20,000 bases of DNA from Seison nebaliae (lineage: Eukaryota), in NCBI GenBank assembly GCA_023231475.1, contig JALJEE010000250.1, positions 45,495 to 65,494 of the forward strand. The letters run 5' to 3'. The notes beneath the pieces are model-generated. The model was not told the DNA's origin and made no database searches. It saw only the letters and a list, made by a program, of their open reading frames with translations. The position numbers were made by a program, and so were the translations under genes. The first letter of the stretch is position 1; every line of letters starts with the position of its first letter. Shown here piece by piece: positions 1 to 9,409 of the stretch.

Positions 1-2
1 AA

Positions 3-2897
3 TTGGAAATACGAACTAATCGATTTGATTATACAATTGATGGTTATAAAACGACCGGTTGGATGGGATGGACGATCGAAACTCCGAATGATTATTATTT
101 CGGATATACAACTCAATATATCGATAGTTTCGATGAAGAATATTTCGTATCGATGACGAATCTACATGAGAATTTATTATCTTCATGTATCGGTTGTATT
201 CGAAATATTAATATCAATAACAAACCGATCAATTCTCTCAAACAAGATCATGAGACATTCTCTTTTGAATATTCAGATATTGATACTGAATCATGTATCC
301 TCTTCGATCGATGTACACCAAATCCATGTGCACATGACGGTAAATGTCTCCAAAATCAGACTCATTTCTCTTGTGATTGTTCTTATACCGGATATACTGG
401 TGGTGTTTGTCATGTAAGTGAATATCCAAGAAGTTGTGCCGAATTTAAAATGTCGAAACGACATGATGCTGATATCAGGAAAATCGTTCAATTTCGTGAT
501 GGGAAACATAAAATTACTATCGATCTTGATGGTAGTGGACCAATTCGTCCGTTTGAAATCGAATGTGAATTGGGTAATATTTATGATTCAACAAATGAAA
601 CCATTCTTCATCATCATTCGGAAGGGAAACAGACAGTTGACGGATATTCAGGAAAAGGTGATTATCAATCTTCAATTCGTTACCATGCCAACGAACAACA
701 ATTGAACATGTTGATCGAAAGATCGGATTCATGTCGACAACATATTCTTTATGAATGTCAAAATTCCAAATTACTCAATACAAATCCTGAGAAATTATTA
801 GATACATCCATATCATCATCTTCTTCATCGTCTTCTTCTGGAAATTTAGATACATCTTTTCTTTCACAAATGTCATCGGCTTATGGTTGGTGGGTTGGAG
901 GAATTCAAAATCAGAAAATGGATTATTGGGGAAATAGTGAAATGGGAACAGGTCGTTGTGCTTGTGGTCTTCAACAAACATGTATCGGTAAAGGATTCTG
1001 TAATTGTGACACTTATCAACAACAATCTTCATCAATAAGATCATCAGCACAATTATTTGATGATATAAATCGAATGGAAGATGATTCATGGAATCAAGAA
1101 AAGATTAATAAAAAGAATTTCTTTATTAATTCCAATAATGAGAATTTTTATTATTCAAATATTCCTAATGGATGGTCAGCCGATTCTGGTTTTATTGTTC
1201 GTAAAGAACATTTGCCAATTAAACAAATTCATTTTGGTGATACAGGTAGTACATCCGATAATAAGAAAGGTATCTACAAAGTGGGACCATTAATTTGTAA
1301 TGGAGATAAATTGTTCAATAATGTCGTCACTTTCAATCATAGCGATGCAGTTTTATCATTCGATTCCCAAGTTTTCCGACCTACCATTCAAGGCAGTTTA
1401 GATTTGACTTTCCATTTCCGAACCTCTTCACAAATGATCGATACAGCAACATCCACTCTTCTACAAATTCAAGGCGAACGAGATTTCTTAGAAATTCGAT
1501 TATCGACTGGTCGTGAAGTTTTGTTGAGATTCTCCGCCGGACATAATGCTGGTGTACAAGTGATTAGTATAAAAACGAATTATGATTTGAATGATAATGA
1601 ATGGCATTTTGTTGAGATGGAAAGGAATCGAATCGAAGCACGTTTACGTGTAGATAATCATGCATCGACAATTCTAGAAGAACAAGAACAATTCCGTTCA
1701 TTTTCATTCACTTCCAATTTAACGATAGGAGCAGGAGTCAATTATAAGAATGGATTCGTCGGTTGTTTTCGAGCATTAACTGTTAATGGACAAATGTTAG
1801 ATATGAAAGGTTTAGTAGAGAAAAATCAGATTTATGGAGTTTCAAGTGGATGTGTAGGAAAATGTGATTCATCACCATGTTTAAATGGTGGGAAATGTGA
1901 AGAACTTTATGATAGTTTCACTTGTGATTGTACATTCACACCATTTCGTGGTCATCTTTGTAACGAGGAAGTGGGTACTTTATTAGATGAACATACATAT
2001 ATTAAATATACAATTCCTGATATTGGTGTAATTGGAACGGTGGAGGAATTCATTCGAGTCGGTTTCGTTTCTCCTCATTTCGATACGAAAGAGAATGGTG
2101 GAAGAACATTAATTCATATAGAAAGTGAAGATCGGAAAGAATATTTTTATCTCGAATTACAGAATAATGGTGGAGTTCGAGTGAAATTCCATTTCGGTTT
2201 TGACGAATGGCAAAGGAATACTGAACGATTTGGTATCCAACTCGCTTCATTTCAATTTCATGAAATAAAAATTTTACGACAATTCTCTAATGGAACAAAT
2301 CGATTTCTAATGCAAATCGATGATTATCCTCCTTACGTTAAGAATAAATTCAATATACCAATTATTGCTGATGTGAAATTTGATAATCCGAAATATATTT
2401 ATATTGGAAAATATCCATATCGGAAGAATGAAAAAGGTTTTCATGGATGTATTTCTCGCGTTCAATTCAATCGATATTTCCCTTTAAAATTTGCTTTTCG
2501 TGAAATTGTCGATCCCAATATTGAAATCATAGGTCCCAATGGTAATCAAAGTATCAGAGAACAACATTGTGATATCGATCCCATACGATATCCACCTGAT
2601 CCTATTGACATTCCACCAGATCGACGAAAACCGAAAGAAATCATCTTATTAACACCACCAATCACTTCCACTGTCTCATCACGTACTTCTGTTATATTAT
2701 CCATCATTTTCTCTATTTTACTCGCCACAGCCATACTCATTGGTCTGTTCTGTTTAGCAAAACATTCGTCACAAGCTGGCACTTATAGGACATATGAAGA
2801 GAAAGGTGCTTCTCGTGCTTTAGATCCTGATAGTGCCATCATGAAAGGAGATCCTCGTCATCCAGGTGTGACTGAAAAGAAAGAATGGTTCATCTAA
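3..2897 (+). CDS. Nrx-IV: Neurexin IV / contactin-associated protein (CASPR/CNTNAP) family cell-adhesion protein, 5'-partial (gene starts upstream of the window)
   Basis: The 964-codon frame is open from the window edge. Domain order is LamG end (CIGCIRNININN), EGF (CTPNPCAHDGKC...CDCSYTGYTGGVC), fibrinogen-like (SCAEFK...IDLDGSGPIRPFEIEC...CACGLQQTC...CNCD), LamG, EGF (CDSSPCLNGGKC...CDCTFTPFRGHLC), LamG, TM helix (VILSIIFSILLATAILIGLFCLA), 4.1-binding motif (GTYRTYEEKGA) and PDZ-binding terminus KKEWFI*. This architecture is diagnostic for Nrx-IV/CNTNAP. Confidence 0.93.
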   Translation: MEIRTNRFDYTIDGYKTTGWMGWTIETPNDYYFGYTTQYIDSFDEEYFVSMTNLHENLLSSCIGCIRNININNKPINSLKQDHETFSFEYSDIDTESCILFDRCTPNPCAHDGKCLQNQTHFSCDCSYTGYTGGVCHVSEYPRSCAEFKMSKRHDADIRKIVQFRDGKHKITIDLDGSGPIRPFEIECELGNIYDSTNETILHHHSEGKQTVDGYSGKGDYQSSIRYHANEQQLNMLIERSDSCRQHILYECQNSKLLNTNPEKLLDTSISSSSSSSSSGNLDTSFLSQMSSAYGWWVGGIQNQKMDYWGNSEMGTGRCACGLQQTCIGKGFCNCDTYQQQSSSIRSSAQLFDDINRMEDDSWNQEKINKKNFFINSNNENFYYSNIPNGWSADSGFIVRKEHLPIKQIHFGDTGSTSDNKKGIYKVGPLICNGDKLFNNVVTFNHSDAVLSFDSQVFRPTIQGSLDLTFHFRTSSQMIDTATSTLLQIQGERDFLEIRLSTGREVLLRFSAGHNAGVQVISIKTNYDLNDNEWHFVEMERNRIEARLRVDNHASTILEEQEQFRSFSFTSNLTIGAGVNYKNGFVGCFRALTVNGQMLDMKGLVEKNQIYGVSSGCVGKCDSSPCLNGGKCEELYDSFTCDCTFTPFRGHLCNEEVGTLLDEHTYIKYTIPDIGVIGTVEEFIRVGFVSPHFDTKENGGRTLIHIESEDRKEYFYLELQNNGGVRVKFHFGFDEWQRNTERFGIQLASFQFHEIKILRQFSNGTNRFLMQIDDYPPYVKNKFNIPIIADVKFDNPKYIYIGKYPYRKNEKGFHGCISRVQFNRYFPLKFAFREIVDPNIEIIGPNGNQSIREQHCDIDPIRYPPDPIDIPPDRRKPKEIILLTPPITSTVSSRTSVILSIIFSILLATAILIGLFCLAKHSSQAGTYRTYEEKGASRALDPDSAIMKGDPRHPGVTEKKEWFI

Positions 2898-3038
2898 TCA
2901 ATATTTTCATATTCCATACTTTTATTCTTTTTTTCATTCTTCATCAACATTCCTCTCCCAACATTTTATCGATAATTTTCATTTGAATCTCAACAAATCT
3001 CATTCATTTTTTTTCAAAAAACTTCATTTCATTTTATG

Positions 3039-3044
3039 AATAAA
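3039..3044 (+). promoter_or_regulatory. Candidate polyadenylation signal (AATAAA) of the Nrx-IV-like gene
   Basis: AATAAA about 140 nt after the stop codon, followed by T-rich sequence. The hexamer is common in AT-rich DNA, so support is positional only. Confidence 0.35.
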
Positions 3045-3211
3045 ATTTTCTTCAAAAAAATTTTTCTTTAACATAATCCGAAAAAACGAAAAACGATTAA
3101 ACATTAAATTTAAAACTTAAAATTTAACACAAATAGAACATTATTTAACACGATAATTCACAACTATTTCACTTCTAGTGAAGAATTAAGATGTAAATAT
3201 TTTTATAGATT

Positions 3212-3990
3212 TTATGAAATTAAACTTTTGTTAATATGCAAAAATGCTAATAATGAAAGATTTTCATCGGATAATTCCGAAATTTGTTTGGTAAAAATAT
3301 TACCGACTGGAGAGAAAAATTGTCCACAACATAAACTTGTACATGATACACATTTAAGTGCAAGAGCAATTCTTTTTAGAATTGTGAGAGATGTTTCTTC
3401 CCAATATTTATCATATTCCAAATTAGATATTTGGCGATTATTATATATTTTTATTTCTCCCTGAAGATTTGTTGCATTTATCATGGGAAGTGATTGTCTG
3501 AATATTTTATTGAAAGATGGAAGATCATCATCTACCACATCTTCTACTACTCCAATTGGTTTTTCAACTGATCGTTTATTATTCATAAGATCTATCTCAT
3601 ACATTTCACCCATTTCTAGCAGGATTGTTTCGATATCTTGAAATATTTTATTTCTAATTTTATGATTATAATATTGGATTCCCAACGCTGGATTCAGATA
3701 TGCTGCAGCACACAATGTCTTGTTATATAAATAAACATCGAATTTATTTTTCACATTCTTCAACAAATGTTCCACCAAATTATGAACATCTTCACTCTCC
3801 TTTATTTTCGGATGTTTCGATAATTGATCGTAACAACTAATTAATGAATCGATTCGTTACCAAATAAAATGAGGTTCATTTTTCATCATAGCTTCTATAA
3901 ATTGATGACATGGTTCCAAAACTCTTTTTACCAATACCAAATGCGACTTTAATATCGATTCCTTCATTCCTGACTTTTTACGTACCCACG
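3212..3990 (-). pseudogene. Degenerate hAT-superfamily transposase / ZBED-like C-terminal fragment
   Basis: ORF 3778..3212 has AAAYLNPAL (cf. AxxLDPR) and a hAT dimerisation-domain pattern YWEETSLTILKRIALALKCVSCTSLCCGQFFSPVGNIFTKQISELSDENLSLLAFLHIN. The same frame continues upstream (LVLVKRVLEPCHQFIEAMMKN) but is broken by in-frame TAA (3859-3857) and TGA (3997-3995). The catalytic ERxFS motif reads GQFFS. No TIRs were found. Confidence 0.7.
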
Positions 3991-4083
3991 TGGATCAAGA
4001 CAAATCACTAATTTCCAATAACTCATCTGATGAGTTATCTCGTTTCCTTTTTAATTTACCTCGCGGGGATTTGTTGTATTAAT

Positions 4084-4103
4084 AAAAAAAAAAAAAAAAA
4101 AAA
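4084..4103 (+). repeat. A20 homopolymer overlapping an AATAAA
   Basis: The sequence reads ...gtattAATAAAAAAAAAAAAAAAAAAAAtaatg. Confidence 0.9.
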
Positions 4104-4554
4104 TAATGATTTCTAAAGTGTTCATAATTGATGATTTGTTATATTACTTGATTAACATATATTTTTATTACATTTCAATTTTATACTTTCATTAAAATAT
4201 TTTATTCTGATCATTTCATTACTCGCGAATGTCTGGAATTTTTTGATTCCATAGGAGAGGAACGAAGTAAGCTACTTCTCTTCAGCACTTCGTATCCCCA
4301 CCAATATAATTAACTGTCTATTGCTTTCTCAATTGTGTAAACTGTTGGACGTTTTGGGGAAATTTTCAAGCTTATGCACCAATGTCTTTGCTAGTTGTTA
4401 AGTGTTTCTTAAGTTAAAGTTAAGTAATAGAAAAGATGGATTTTTATAGTTGAATCAAATGAACAACAACTGGAAAATTCTTCCAATTCAGTTCGTCAGA
4501 ATTCCAATTTTTCAATCAGAATGAAAATCGTAAATGGAATAATGTTTAGTTCTT

Positions 4555-5102
4555 TCAACATGGTCCATTATGAGCTAGATAAATGGAAGGATCTTCACAA
4601 ATTGCCACTTCTAACAAACAACCATTTGCATAATTGACTCCGTTCGATCCACATTTCCGATCCAACATCTTATTACATGCTTGTCTACAATTCTCCTTCT
4701 TCTGACATTGTCCCTTGTGCTTGATCGTGAGTCGCCAATTATCACATCTCGTTCTTTCGAACGCACATGTGTTAGCGTAAGTTATATCATCACTGCCACA
4801 TATAGGATTGTAAATTGCAGGACAGATCGAATTATATCCGCAGGATTCTAAAAATTAAAATCAATATATATTTTCCATTATTGTTTGGAACCTGGTGGGG
4901 GTGAAGGATCACCACATGTATTTCTACAATTCTGCAAACTTCCATATTTACATTGGCAAGTGATACAATCTTTCTTAGTTACTAAATCTCCATGTTTATA
5001 AGTGGCTCTTTTATAATTGCAGTTGAAAAAAGGTAAGAATTGAAAGAAAAAAGCGTCACTTGTCACGACACATAGAAAGATGGGAAAGAATAGTTTTAAC
5101 AT
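4555..5102 (-). CDS. Secreted Kazal-type serine protease inhibitor (signal peptide + VWC-like Cys module + 2 Kazal domains), ~167 aa
   Basis: Exon 1 (5102..4892): MLKLFFPIFLCVVTSDA... CNYKRATYKHGDLVTKKDCITCQCKYGSLQNCRNTC GDPSPPP. Intron of 44 nt at 4891..4848 (GTTCCA...TTTTTAG, phase 1). Exon 2 (4847..4555, not in the ORF track): ESCGYNSICPAIYNPICGSDDITYANTCAFERTRCDNWRLTIKHKGQC QKKENCRQACNKMLDRKCGSNGVNYANGCLLEVAICEDPSIYLAHNGPC*, which is two complete 6-Cys Kazal domains. An alternative phase-1 donor (GTGATC, 21 nt further 5') is also possible. Confidence 0.88.
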
Positions 5103-5671
5103 TCTCTATTAATTGTAAGTTTTGTGAATGGAATGATAATTATAATTCTCATATTTTATAGGATATTATTTATAGTTCATTTCATCTAATGTCTTAAGTG
5201 AATTAGGATGGAATTACAAAATAATTTCTCGTAATGAACTTTTAATTTTATTGATTTTTTTTCATTAATAATTCTTAATGATCATCAGAGAACAGGAAAC
5301 AAATGAAGATAGGCCTCTTTATTATTTAACATCAAAATTTCGATTTATTAAAGAATTCGGTACAAATTTCTACATTTTGACATTTTCTCCCAAAAAATTT
5401 CCTTGGAAAAAACTTGGAAATTTATTAACTCTCTCTTCAACGAAATTAAAAAATATGTTCTGATTTTATAGAAAAGATGTTAGAAAATTTAAAAAAAAGT
5501 TATTTCTTTTTCCTCTTACACATATGTTGGGACGATTGGCCAAAATGCGGTTCAAGTTTAATAAAAATCAAATAAGAAAATTGAAATAAAAGGAAAACTA
5601 ATTAAAGTAAATATTATAGAAATAATTACTGGAAGATTCTAATTAAGAGAGTTACTATTCTCGTATTACTA

Positions 5672-7165
5672 TTAATTTGATTTTAATGATACATTGAAAT
5701 GAGTATAGGGCGACATTCGAACCAAACCTTCCTGATTCTTTAAAATTGTTTCATGATTGTCTGGCAGTTGAACATCGAACGATCGAACAATATTACAGAA
5801 AAATAACATGAATTCCATTCGTGCTAAATGTTCTCCAGCACAACTTCGTTTTCCGACAGAAAAAGGGATTAATTCATTTCGATATTCAATTGTTCCATCA
5901 TCCCTCAAAAACCTTTCTGGTCGGAAATCATCACAATCATCTCCCCATGTGTTTGACGAATGATGAACGCCAAAAATATTCATGAAAATGATGGTGTTTT
6001 TAGGAATGACATAATTCTTATAAACAACATCTTTATGAGCACGATGGAAGATTCCTAATGGAGCAACAGAAGATAACCGGAAAATCTCAAGAATCGTTGC
6101 ATGACAATAGGGAAGTAATTTTATATCTGAGAATTTCACAAAATTATCACCAATATTCCGTTTAATTTCTTCGGAACACTTTTGTTGAATTGATAAATTT
6201 CTGCTAATAAAAAACATAGCCCAACCAAGGCTGTGGGCGACGGTTTGTGTACCAGCGCCGAAAATATTAAGAATTGTCGCCAGAAAATCCACGTCCTGTT
6301 CTTGCCTCGATTTATTGTCTTTTAACACCAATAAACCATTTTGAGTTTGACGAATATATTCGTCGATTGCATCACGAATATTATTCTCGTCATAAGTTCT
6401 AATATGTTCCTGAATTTCGCCATGAATGAATTTTTTCAAAGTTTTCGCCGAGTTACTAATACGATTCATCGAAGTTCCAGGAATACGAATGGCTATCGGA
6501 TTTAATTTCCATAATTGAGTTGGATTGAAATTGAGGACAATATTTTTAAATTGTGTCATTAGGCCACTAAACTCACTATCATCGTGAGAATATCGTTTTC
6601 CGAAAATAATATTACAAATAATGTTGGCAGAAGCGTTATTAGTTAATTGAACGAAATCGATCAATTTTTTATTTGTATTATCTGAAATTTGATTACGCAA
6701 ATATTGTTCGATATATTGCACTTCATTAATCACACGCTCCTCCAATATATCATCACCAATTCCCATATCTTTCAAAATTTTCATGACGAACTTCCGTAAA
6801 CGACGGAAATCTTCCGTGTAATCTCGCGCGATCAAACCTTTCCCATCCACTAATATTTTGAGAGGATAAGCATGTGGTCGATCACTAGTATTTTCACCTA
6901 AATCACCAAAAATATCTCTCGCCGTTGATGCTTTGTTAATGATGACAGCTTGTTTTATTCCCAGGTTAACCATCAACAACGGTTCATTAGTTTCGGAACA
7001 TTTCTTTAGAAATTCATCCCGATAGAAGAAAAGTTGAATAAAAGCAGGTAAATACCATTTTAACGATGGCGCTTTGGGTGGAATATTTGATGGTTGATCT
7101 CGTAAATAAATAAATGAAGCGAGGACAATTAAGATTGTCAGAAGAGCGATAAATACCAGAACCAT
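5672..7165 (-). CDS. Cytochrome P450, CYP2 clan, microsomal, single exon
   Basis: 497 aa with N-terminal TM anchor and Pro-rich hinge (IPPKAP), NIICNIIFGKRY (CYP2-clan-like), I-helix GAGTQT, K-helix EIFR, PERF and heme-binding PFSVGKRSCAGE. Confidence 0.95.
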   Translation of the reverse strand: MVLVFIALLTILIVLASFIYLRDQPSNIPPKAPSLKWYLPAFIQLFFYRDEFLKKCSETNEPLLMVNLGIKQAVIINKASTARDIFGDLGENTSDRPHAYPLKILVDGKGLIARDYTEDFRRLRKFVMKILKDMGIGDDILEERVINEVQYIEQYLRNQISDNTNKKLIDFVQLTNNASANIICNIIFGKRYSHDDSEFSGLMTQFKNIVLNFNPTQLWKLNPIAIRIPGTSMNRISNSAKTLKKFIHGEIQEHIRTYDENNIRDAIDEYIRQTQNGLLVLKDNKSRQEQDVDFLATILNIFGAGTQTVAHSLGWAMFFISRNLSIQQKCSEEIKRNIGDNFVKFSDIKLLPYCHATILEIFRLSSVAPLGIFHRAHKDVVYKNYVIPKNTIIFMNIFGVHHSSNTWGDDCDDFRPERFLRDDGTIEYRNELIPFSVGKRSCAGEHLARMEFMLFFCNIVRSFDVQLPDNHETILKNQEGLVRMSPYTHFNVSLKSN

Positions 7166-7383
7166 TATGAAGTTAATTAATGATGAAAGTTAATTTATTG
7201 AAAAATAATGGAGAATGAAATCATCCAAATCAATAAAAACAAGTTAAATGAACGTATAAAATAAACATCCGAGATGTTCCTATTCGCTATGAATAAACTC
7301 ATCTTTTCTTTATTTCCGAAATTTAGTTGTAAGCTAATCAATTTTTGTTTTATGATCAACACATATGTTGCTTTATCAGTCGT

Positions 7384-7439
7384 TTATTAAAACGTTTGTC
7401 AATAAACATTATTAAAACGTTTGTCAACAAACATTATTA
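7384..7439. repeat. 25-bp tandem duplication (2.2 copies)
   Basis: TTATTAAAACGTTTGTCAATAAACA / TTATTAAAACGTTTGTCAACAAACA / TTATTA, with one mismatch between the full copies. It lies about 220 bp upstream of the P450 start. Confidence 0.85.
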
Positions 7440-8086
7440 TTTTTCATTAACTATAATTAATATTATTATTATTATTATTAAAGAAAGTCAAGATCTCTCT
7501 AAAAGAGTCAAGATCATTCGATATCTGTAAGTAACGTGTAAGATAAAATTGATAATTTTTAAGACTATAAAGCAAGTTTCTAGAAAAAGAAAATGAATTT
7601 GATTTTGGAAATGATTATTTGATCCGAAATAATCGTTTTCCATTTCAAAATTGCAATGTTTAATTAATTAAATCTTCTTATGTTAGTTTTTACAAATTGA
7701 GGATTTAGATTCAGTTCGAGGTAAAGTGTTATAAATATTAACCTCTTAAGTTTAAAAGCTTATAAGAAATACGCATTTAATTTTTTCAATAATATTATAA
7801 CTATCCGGAATAGGATAGAGATTGAAAAATAACACATTACGCTACTTAATATTGAATATTTTTCTCTGTTCTTTTTCTCACCATAATAGAAATTTACTGA
7901 ATTGCTGGGATTTAAGTTAGTAGAATTGAAAATTCTATTTCAAAATTTTTAACGTACGTTAAATTAAAATAGTATTTCAATATGAGATTTATATTGTGTT
8001 GAGCTAAAGTAAATAATCTAAAATTTAGATTCTAAACTCTATAAGCTAAATAATAATTAACTTTAGTATCATGATGCAAAAATTAT

Positions 8087-8095
8087 AAAAAAAAA
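8087..8095 (-). terminator. RNA polymerase III oligo-T terminator of tRNA-Tyr
   Basis: T9 run on the minus strand, 3 nt after the discriminator base. Confidence 0.8.
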
Positions 8096-8098
8096 TTT

Positions 8099-8188
8099 TC
8101 TCGCGAAGCGGATTTGAACCACTGACCTAAGGATATCATCATTTTACAATTCTACAGTCCTCCGCTCTACCAACTGAGCTATCGCGAG
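8099..8188 (-). tRNA. tRNA-Tyr-GTA: tRNA-Tyr (anticodon GTA) with 17-nt intron at canonical position 37/38
   Basis: The minus strand reads CTCGCGA TAGCTCAGTTGGTAGAGC G GAGGA CTGTAG [AATTGTAAAATGATGAT] A TCCTT AGGTC AGTGG TTCAAAT CCGCT TCGCGAG A. All stems pair, C1:G72 and A73 Tyr identity elements are present, and the A and B boxes are intact. Anticodon 8155-8153, intron 8151-8135, mature length 73 nt. Confidence 0.97.
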
Positions 8189-8301
8189 ACATGAACAATA
8201 TCATAAAAAGTAGTTAATAAGACATTTAGTAATCACATTTTCAGAATCCCAACATCAGTTAAATCATACTTTTACTCATGGAGGAAATGTAATTCAAAAT
8301 A

Positions 8302-9195
8302 TTAACTAGTTGGAATAACTGAATGACAAACATCTTCACGAACGTAATAATCATGATTTTTCCGTTCTTCCGATAAGTTTATAGCAATTTTTGATTGAAT
8401 TGCATACGTATTATCCACTTCATAAAGATATACGAAAAGTATGCATTGTGTTGATTCGTGGTGAAAAGCGTAACAGATGCTTAAGGCATAATTAAAACAT
8501 TTAGTAGCACAATCCTGGTTTGAAGTTCCATTGATTGTTTCTTCCACCATTTCACCTAATATAACATCATCATAGTTTTTTAGTTTCTCCAACTTGAACT
8601 TGTTCTAGAAAGATTGATAAAATACATAGAGAATAGAGTCAAAGAATAATAGTCTTAATTTCTTGATTAATATCATAGAGACGTTGCTCATGAAAGGAAA
8701 ATAGATATTGAAAAATTGAGATTATTGTAATAAAAGACGAACGAAAATGAGGATAATAACTGAAATTTTTTTAGCTTCGCATAAAACGGTAATCTCTATA
8801 TTTGGATCAAATAAATAACTCAAATGTTGTCCATTGAAATAAATTCGATGAACTCCGTAATCCTTCTACAATAAGAACTATCACAAAAGGAAATTAACAA
8901 CCAAATTAACAGCAGTAAGCATAAAACATAAATTGCTAATGTACCCAACATTTTTTCCTCCTTGATTTCGATATAAAATTCCTCCATAATATGTTGGTTC
9001 TAAGATTTGATTAAGTTGTTCACGATCTTCAATAATCTTCAATCCCTTCGAACGACATAATTGCATCGCACCTTTAAATTTGTTAGTTTGCGTCATAAGC
9101 GTTATTCCACAAGTTCCAGTTTCCCATGATTCATTAATAATGATAGATATCAAGATATTATAGAAAACAAATCGATTATAAAGAAAATTAAACAT
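8302..9195 (-). CDS. Putative secreted protein with degenerate C-type-lectin-like domain followed by a PAN/Apple domain, ~230 aa, 3 exons
   Basis: Exon 1 9195..8911 (hydrophobic N-terminus; FKGAMQLCRSKG...CFMLTA). Intron 8910..8866 (45 nt, GTTAAT...TTATTGTAG). Exon 2 8865..8761 (KDYGVHRIYFNGQHLSYLFDPNIEITVLCEAKKIS, ending in the CTLD-type xLCE). Intron 8760..8605 (156 nt, GTTATT...TTTCTAG). Exon 3 8604..8302 (DCATKCFNYALSICYAFHHESTQCILF...HDYYVRE, a PAN-type C-x3-C...C-x-AF...C-x-L pattern). Both introns are phase 0 and join two ORFs of the track into one frame. Confidence 0.72.
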
Positions 9196-9409
9196 TTCTT
9201 AAGTTTTCAAACTTATCTACTGTTCTATCTAACAACTTGTAACATGTAATTTGTAAGAAGAATGACTGTGTACCTGGAAATTCGACCAATTTCGGTCTCA
9301 GTTTTAAACCTATTACATGGGAACAGAAGTGAAAAATAATATTTATGATTTGTAAATTTAGAACTCAACATCTTGAAGGAATTCAAAAAGTAAAACTTAA
9401 ATATTTACC

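Noticed and set aside
166..2782. Short alternative-frame and antisense ORFs overlapping Nrx-IV (and similarly 3228..3464, 12457..12810, 14058..14288, 14507..14740, 15823..16128, 17275..17565)
   Set aside because: These are shadow ORFs of real coding sequence with no recognisable motifs.
3995..4050. Hammerhead ribozyme (CTGATGAG at 4027-4034, near an A-tailed segment as in Penelope-like elements)
   Set aside because: On + the CUGAUGA is followed by GUUU rather than GAAA after stem II. On - the core reads CAGAUGA and stems II/III do not pair convincingly.
5278..5463. Small intergenic ORFs (5278..5463, 7345..7530, 10278..10577, 19136..19333)
   Set aside because: They are short, low-complexity or overlap repeats, show no domain signal, and are expected by chance.
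7384..7439. CRISPR-like array
   Set aside because: Only two adjacent copies with no spacer, no cas genes, and a eukaryotic context.
7948..7963. 16-bp palindrome TTTAACGTACGTTAAA, and the short ATCGTTAAA/TTTAACGAT inverted pair near 18802-18846
   Set aside because: Too short and AT-rich to separate from chance, with no associated feature.
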